A DNA stretch of 64,000 bases from Desulfurivibrionaceae bacterium (GTDB taxonomy: Bacteria > Desulfobacterota > Desulfobulbia > Desulfobulbales > Desulfurivibrionaceae). The stretch covers positions 21,396 through 85,395 of the forward strand of contig JBAYTO010000003.1 in assembly GCA_041675585.1 (NCBI GenBank), in the 5' to 3' direction. The first letter of the stretch is position 1. Each line of letters starts with the position of its first letter. The notes under the pieces are model-generated. The model was not told the origin of the DNA and did not search any database. It saw only the letters and a list, made by a program, of their open reading frames with translations. Shown here one piece after another: positions 59,369 to 64,000 of this stretch. The translations under genes and the position numbers were made by a program.

Positions 59369-60065
59369 CCCCCCCCACCTGCCCTGCCACCTTCCCGGGG
59401 CTTTGCTTGAAGAAATACAACAGGCATACCCCAGTTATAAAGCCGCCAACATGGGCCCACCATGCCACCCCGCCTTCGGCCACCCCCACCATCGCCTGCT
59501 GGGCGGCGCCTTGCAGAAACTGCATGAGAAACCAGAAGCCGATAAAAAAGTAGGCCGGGATTTCCACCAGATAAAAAAGGATGAACACGGGGATAAAAGT
59601 AAGAATCCGGGCGCGGGGATAGAGAAGAAAATAGGCGCCCAGCACCCCGGCAATGGCGCCGCTCGCCCCGATCATCGGCACCTGGGACTGAGGGTTGGCC
59701 CAGAATTGGGCAAAAGCCGCGCCTGCACCACAAAGAAGATAAAAAATCAGGTAACGGCCATGCCCCATCCGGTCTTCCACGTTATCGCCAAAAATCCACA
59801 GCATCCACAGGTTGGAAAAAAGATGCAGCAAGCCGCCATGGAGAAACATGGCGCTGAAAATCGGGCGATAACGGCCAAAAGAGATACCATTCCCCGCCTG
59901 TTCGGCGGCAAAACGAACCGGGACAAAACCATGGCTGACGATAAACCCTTCCAGCTCCGGGCCAAGACTCGACTGATAGACAAAACAAAGGATATTGACG
60001 ATGATAAGCCAGAGATTGACCACCGGAAAATGGCGGGATGGGATATTATCTTTTAGGGGGAACAT
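59361..60065 (-). CDS. Rhomboid family intramembrane serine protease
   Basis: MFLHGG..H...N, FGDNVED..G, GASGAIAG (Ser), AWWAHVGG (His). Confidence 0.95.
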   Translation of the reverse strand: MFPLKDNIPSRHFPVVNLWLIIVNILCFVYQSSLGPELEGFIVSHGFVPVRFAAEQAGNGISFGRYRPIFSAMFLHGGLLHLFSNLWMLWIFGDNVEDRMGHGRYLIFYLLCGAGAAFAQFWANPQSQVPMIGASGAIAGVLGAYFLLYPRARILTFIPVFILFYLVEIPAYFFIGFWFLMQFLQGAAQQAMVGVAEGGVAWWAHVGGFITGVCLLYFFKQSPGKVAGQVGGVS

Positions 60066-60082
60066 GCCTCGCCAATTCCGCG

Positions 60083-61483
60083 TCAGGCCTGGACAACGGG
60101 GAGGTTGTCCGGCTCCGGCAGAGGCAGGATGAAATAAAAGTTGTTCCCCTCTTCCGTGGCCTCGTAGCCTGCCGCGCCGCCATGGATCTCCACCACCTGC
60201 TTGACAAAAGTCAGGCCATGCCCGGTGCCGGGCCGGGACTTGCCCCGCTCTCCCCGGACCCCTTCGTGAAAAACCGTCTTCGCCTCGACCTCGGAAAGAT
60301 GCTCACCGGTGGTAAAAACATTAAATTTAACCCCCGGCTTGCCTGGGCCGAAATAATCGGCAAGCACTTCGCGGCCATAGGCCATGGCCTTTCTGATCTT
60401 CCCATTCCGGTTCGTTATTTCCCCGGTGTACTTAACCGCATTGGAAAAAAGATTGGCATAGACTTGCGAGAGCAATCCCACATCCACCCGCAGGAAGATT
60501 TCTTCCCCCTGCATATCCGCGGGCTTTTCCACCGCTATCCCCCGAGCCCCGAACCTGCTCAAGAAATGGTCCAGCTGCGGAGAAACAATCTCCCGATCAA
60601 TGGCGCATTTTCTCAGGCGCAGGACAAAACGGCCCTGGGCAAAATGATCCCGCCGGAACAGGCTCTCCAGGAAAAGGCTGTAATTGGCATGATGCTCCAG
60701 CAACTCCCGATGATTCTCAAGCAGGCCCCGGTGCAGGTCACTGACCTTGCCGGCCACCAGGTCAAAACTCGCGGCGGGGACACCTTGGGAACCATTTAAT
60801 CCGGCAAACAGTTTCTCCAGCTCGGCAGTCTCCTCGATCCGGGCCTTGAGCTGATTGAACAGATGCTTGAAATACATGTTGGGGGTGATGACGTTGTGTT
60901 CAATGTCCATCACCAGATTGTTGATAAACTGAAGATGCTTGATATTCTCGTGGGCAATCAAACGGTTATGCAGATTGTAGCCGATTCGGTTCGTGTACTT
61001 GCGCAGAAAAAAACGATCGGCCTTAGATATTTTTTCAAGGGGATATACTTCAAGAACCCCCAGGATCTGAGGATTGAACAGTTGCCTCTCGCTGTCCTGC
61101 GTATCGAGAGATGGTTTGCGATGAATCGGCACCAGAAGTGAATGCTCGCTCTCGTAACTTTTAAAGCTCAACCGCACATGGTCCGGGGCCGGGAGCGGTT
61201 TCAGCAACAGCCCTTTTCTGCTTTCACAGACAAGACAGAGTTTCTCATGCTCCTTGTCAAAAAGATAAAGTCGGCTGTGCAGGCCGAGAAATTCGAAGAG
61301 GGCCGCCACGCAAACCCTGTAAAAATCCTCGTTGGAGTCGAACTCCTGGGCAAGATCGAAAAAGGTGCGCAACAGATCGTTCTGGGCAGGGCTTAGGTTA
61401 TAACTCGCGTAGCTCCGCTGCTTTTCCTTGATTCGCAGCCTGATCTGCTGCAAGTCCTTGCCTGAATGGGGTTCCTGGCTCAT
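60083..61483 (-). CDS. Soluble sensor histidine kinase (GAF-like domain plus HATPase)
   Basis: NLFSNAVKY N-box and GTGHGL G2-box; atypical H-box IEHNVITP; no TM helix. Confidence 0.8.
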   Translation of the reverse strand: MSQEPHSGKDLQQIRLRIKEKQRSYASYNLSPAQNDLLRTFFDLAQEFDSNEDFYRVCVAALFEFLGLHSRLYLFDKEHEKLCLVCESRKGLLLKPLPAPDHVRLSFKSYESEHSLLVPIHRKPSLDTQDSERQLFNPQILGVLEVYPLEKISKADRFFLRKYTNRIGYNLHNRLIAHENIKHLQFINNLVMDIEHNVITPNMYFKHLFNQLKARIEETAELEKLFAGLNGSQGVPAASFDLVAGKVSDLHRGLLENHRELLEHHANYSLFLESLFRRDHFAQGRFVLRLRKCAIDREIVSPQLDHFLSRFGARGIAVEKPADMQGEEIFLRVDVGLLSQVYANLFSNAVKYTGEITNRNGKIRKAMAYGREVLADYFGPGKPGVKFNVFTTGEHLSEVEAKTVFHEGVRGERGKSRPGTGHGLTFVKQVVEIHGGAAGYEATEEGNNFYFILPLPEPDNLPVVQA

Positions 61484-61567
61484 GATTCCCCCGGGCGGCA
61501 AGCGCTTGCCGCATAGTTCCTGACTTCCAGAAAAAATCCTCTCACCTGGGGCGGCACTGCGAAAAAA

Positions 61568-62101
61568 CTAATGCCGGCCGACCAGCACGATTTCGTCGGC
61601 CCCGCTCTTTTCAGCAAGGCGCACATGCACATGCTCATCGGCCTTGACCGGGATGTCCATGCCCACGTAGTCCGGCTGAATCGGCAGCTCCCGACCGCCC
61701 CGGTCAACGAGAACGGCCAGCTGGATGCACTTCGGCCTGCCGATGTCCATCAGGGCGTCCAGAGCGGCCCGAATGGTGCGGCCGGTAAAAATAACATCGT
61801 CCACCAGAACCACGACCATCTCTTCCATGGGAAAGGTGATGCTGGTTTTCTTGACGATGGGATTCTGGCTGGCCAGGCTCCAGTCGTCCCGGTAGAGCGT
61901 TATGTCCAGGGTGCCGGTGGGCAGCACAATATTTTCCCGGTCCTGGATCAGCTTCTGAATCCGGTCGGCGAGAAAAACCCCGCCGGTATGGATGCCGATT
62001 ATGGCCAGATTGGCAACCCCGTGGTTGTTCTCCACGATCTGCAGGGCCATCCGGTGCAGTGACCGGTCGATATCCTCTGCCGACATGATCCGTTTTTCCA
62101 T
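61568..62101 (-). CDS. pyrR: PyrR bifunctional regulator / uracil phosphoribosyltransferase
   Basis: LDITLYRDD, VLVDDVIFTGRTIRAALDAL, LVDRGGRELPIQPDYVG. Confidence 0.95.
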   Translation of the reverse strand: MEKRIMSAEDIDRSLHRMALQIVENNHGVANLAIIGIHTGGVFLADRIQKLIQDRENIVLPTGTLDITLYRDDWSLASQNPIVKKTSITFPMEEMVVVLVDDVIFTGRTIRAALDALMDIGRPKCIQLAVLVDRGGRELPIQPDYVGMDIPVKADEHVHVRLAEKSGADEIVLVGRH

Positions 62102-62139
62102 CTCTTTTCCTCCGAAATTAGAAGATCCCACCCGACTGG

Positions 62140-62715
62140 TTACAACCAGAAAGAATCAATGCCCCGGTCTGCCACCATGTTGATCGCCTCGGGATAGGCC
62201 TCGCATTCGGCCGCAAAAACCCGGTGGGCAATGTCGTCCGGGGTATCGGCCTCGTCCAGGGGTACGCAACGCTGGACCACGATCGGCCCCTCGTCGTACA
62301 CCTCGTTGGCAAAGTGGACCGTGCAGCCGCTCACCTTGACTCCCCGCCCCTTGACGGCCCGGTGTACCCGCATGCCGTACATCCCCGCCCCGCAAAAGGA
62401 CGGGATCAAGGAAGGATGGATGTTGAGCACGGCCCGTTGCAGGTTAGCCGGTGGCTGATAAAGCTTGAGATACCCGGCCAGCAGCACCAGCTCGATCCCG
62501 TACTTCTGCAGGATACCGTTGATGGCCCCGTTGTCCTGGGCAGAAAAAGCCGGGTAGCCGTATTTTCTGGCCTTGGTCAAACCGAGGGCGTCGGGCAGGT
62601 TCGAGATCACCACCTCGATGCTCCCTTGCATGGTGCCGGCGGCAATCCGCTCATGAAAGTTGTCCAGGGTCCGGCCGGAGCCGGAGAGCAATACCGCCAT
62701 CTTCATCGGGGCCAC
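62140..62715 (-). CDS. purN: Phosphoribosylglycinamide formyltransferase
   Basis: SGSGR, LAGYL, LNIHPSL, SGCTVHF, YDEGPI. Confidence 0.92.
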   Translation of the reverse strand: MAPMKMAVLLSGSGRTLDNFHERIAAGTMQGSIEVVISNLPDALGLTKARKYGYPAFSAQDNGAINGILQKYGIELVLLAGYLKLYQPPANLQRAVLNIHPSLIPSFCGAGMYGMRVHRAVKGRGVKVSGCTVHFANEVYDEGPIVVQRCVPLDEADTPDDIAHRVFAAECEAYPEAINMVADRGIDSFWL

Positions 62716-63330
62716 CTACTTGAAATAGGGGTTGGCATCGACCGCCACCGTCTTCAGCCAGTTGACGATGGCGGTATCGTAGGCGCTGGTCAGGGCAAAA
62801 ACCTTTACCGCCAGATAAAAGCGGGTTTTGAGGGTGGTATTGCCGGTGGCCTTGATCTCGGCGAGTACCTGCGGGTAATCGGACGGATCGACGATCACTG
62901 TGACATCCTGAAAATTTTTGGCGCTGGAGCGCAGCATGGTGGGGCCGCCGATGTCGATATTTTCGATGGCCTCCTCCAGGGTGCAGGCCGGATTGGCCAC
63001 GGTTTTCTCGAAAGAATAGAGATTGACCGCCACCAGATCGATGGGTTGCAGGCCGTGTTCCGCCATCTGCCGCACATGGTCCGGGTTGGTTTTCTGGGCC
63101 AGGATGCCGCCGTGCACCTTGGGATGCAGGGTCTTTACCCGGCCGTCGAGCATCTCCGGAAAGCCGGTGAATTCGGAAACATCCTTGACCATGATGCCGT
63201 GTTCGCGCATCTTTTTGGCGGTGCCGCCGGTGGAGAGAATCTCGATCCCCAGCTGTGCAAGTTCCCTGGCAAACCCCTCGATTCCGGATTTGTCGGTCAG
63301 ACTGATCAATGCCCTTTCCATCTTTCTCAT
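62716..63330 (-). CDS. purH: Stand-alone IMP cyclohydrolase (PurH N-terminal MGS-like domain only)
   Basis: [42 protein letters not shown]; ends after about 204 aa with no AICAR transformylase domain. Confidence 0.88.
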   Translation of the reverse strand: MRKMERALISLTDKSGIEGFARELAQLGIEILSTGGTAKKMREHGIMVKDVSEFTGFPEMLDGRVKTLHPKVHGGILAQKTNPDHVRQMAEHGLQPIDLVAVNLYSFEKTVANPACTLEEAIENIDIGGPTMLRSSAKNFQDVTVIVDPSDYPQVLAEIKATGNTTLKTRFYLAVKVFALTSAYDTAIVNWLKTVAVDANPYFK

Positions 63331-63736
63331 GCTCTTTTCCTTGATTTCTGTTGGTTCCGGTCTGCCCGGCAATGGCGCAGGCAAACGACTGTTCGTCATA
63401 AGGGAATGTACCCCGAAGGACTCCGCGAATGCAAGAACACTCGCGCATCTTTTCTTAAAATCCCTGCCTGCACGTCAAGCGTCAACAACCATTTTTCTGA
63501 AATGGCCTTCAAGTTGGCCGCGCCTCAAGGGAGGGGGATGATGAGGGCGGCGGGTTGGCCCAAACTCAATCTTCCGTGACGGGATATACCGAAGACGACA
63601 AGTGGATGTCTGGTCGCCGGATCAGCCGACGGACCACAAGAAGAGATTTAAGAAGCTTGGCCGGGAAGAAGGGCAACACATAAGGTTGTCGGATGACAAC
63701 CGGGAGATCGACGGGAAACCTACGTTTTCCCTTTGA

Positions 63737-64000
63737 CTACTTATCATGGCTGTTCCGGTTTTCTTCTAGTATTTCTGCGTACCTGAAGCAATCCACCGTG
63801 TGGTCGTTCACCATGCCGACGGCCTGCATGAATGCGTAGCAGATGGTCGAGCCGACGAAGTTGAACCCCCTGCGCTTCAGCTCCTTGCTCATCATATCCG
63901 ACTGTTCCGTCCTGGCCGGCACCTGCTCCAAAACGGTCCAGCTGTTTTGCCGGGGGGCGCCGCCAGCAGAGCGCCACAGAAAATCGCTGAAGGTTCCGAA
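63737..64000 (-). CDS. tag: DNA-3-methyladenine glycosylase I, 3' part (5' end beyond the window)
   Basis: SKELKRRGFNFVGSTICYAFMQAVGMVNDH..DC C-terminal signature; frame open to the window edge. Confidence 0.93.
   Translation of the reverse strand, partial: FGTFSDFLWRSAGGAPRQNSWTVLEQVPARTEQSDMMSKELKRRGFNFVGSTICYAFMQAVGMVNDHTVDCFRYAEILEENRNSHDK

Noticed and set aside
63331-63736. ZTP (pfl) riboswitch or small ORF upstream of purH
   Set aside because: I could not find the conserved riboswitch segments; only small generic hairpins and short ORFs without support.

Overview
Bacterial chromosomal segment, GC-rich by eye. The protein sequences look like Desulfobacterota (Desulfobulbales-like); this is an inference and no search was run. 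Housekeeping genes: rplI, dnaB, leuS, tkt, dusB, aminotransferase, truA, argC, rpsI/rplM, tRNA-Gly, coaBC, copA/copZ, trxB, pyrR, purN and a half-length purH. They surround three accessory blocks: (i) a ~17.5 kb MSHA-like type IV pilus cluster (8.6-26.0 kb), (ii) a CheR / hybrid kinase / receiver / HD-GYP signalling operon, and (iii) a LolA-like/LolE/LolE/LolD-like transporter module with a probable outer-membrane protein. The most unusual content is a set of small repeats and mobile elements. A REP-associated tyrosine transposase (RAYT) with GTAG-type REPs sits inside the minor-pilin operon and is joined to both neighbours by ATGA stop/start overlaps. REP doublets of two sequence classes occur elsewhere. 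A 154-bp MITE-like element has inserted in-frame at the start of truA with a target duplication. A 56-58 bp two-hairpin repeat occurs three times, twice overlapping stop codons. There is also a (TGAGTGC)n tandem array. No CRISPR array, prophage or rRNA was seen. Start codons were chosen by eye and several are uncertain.
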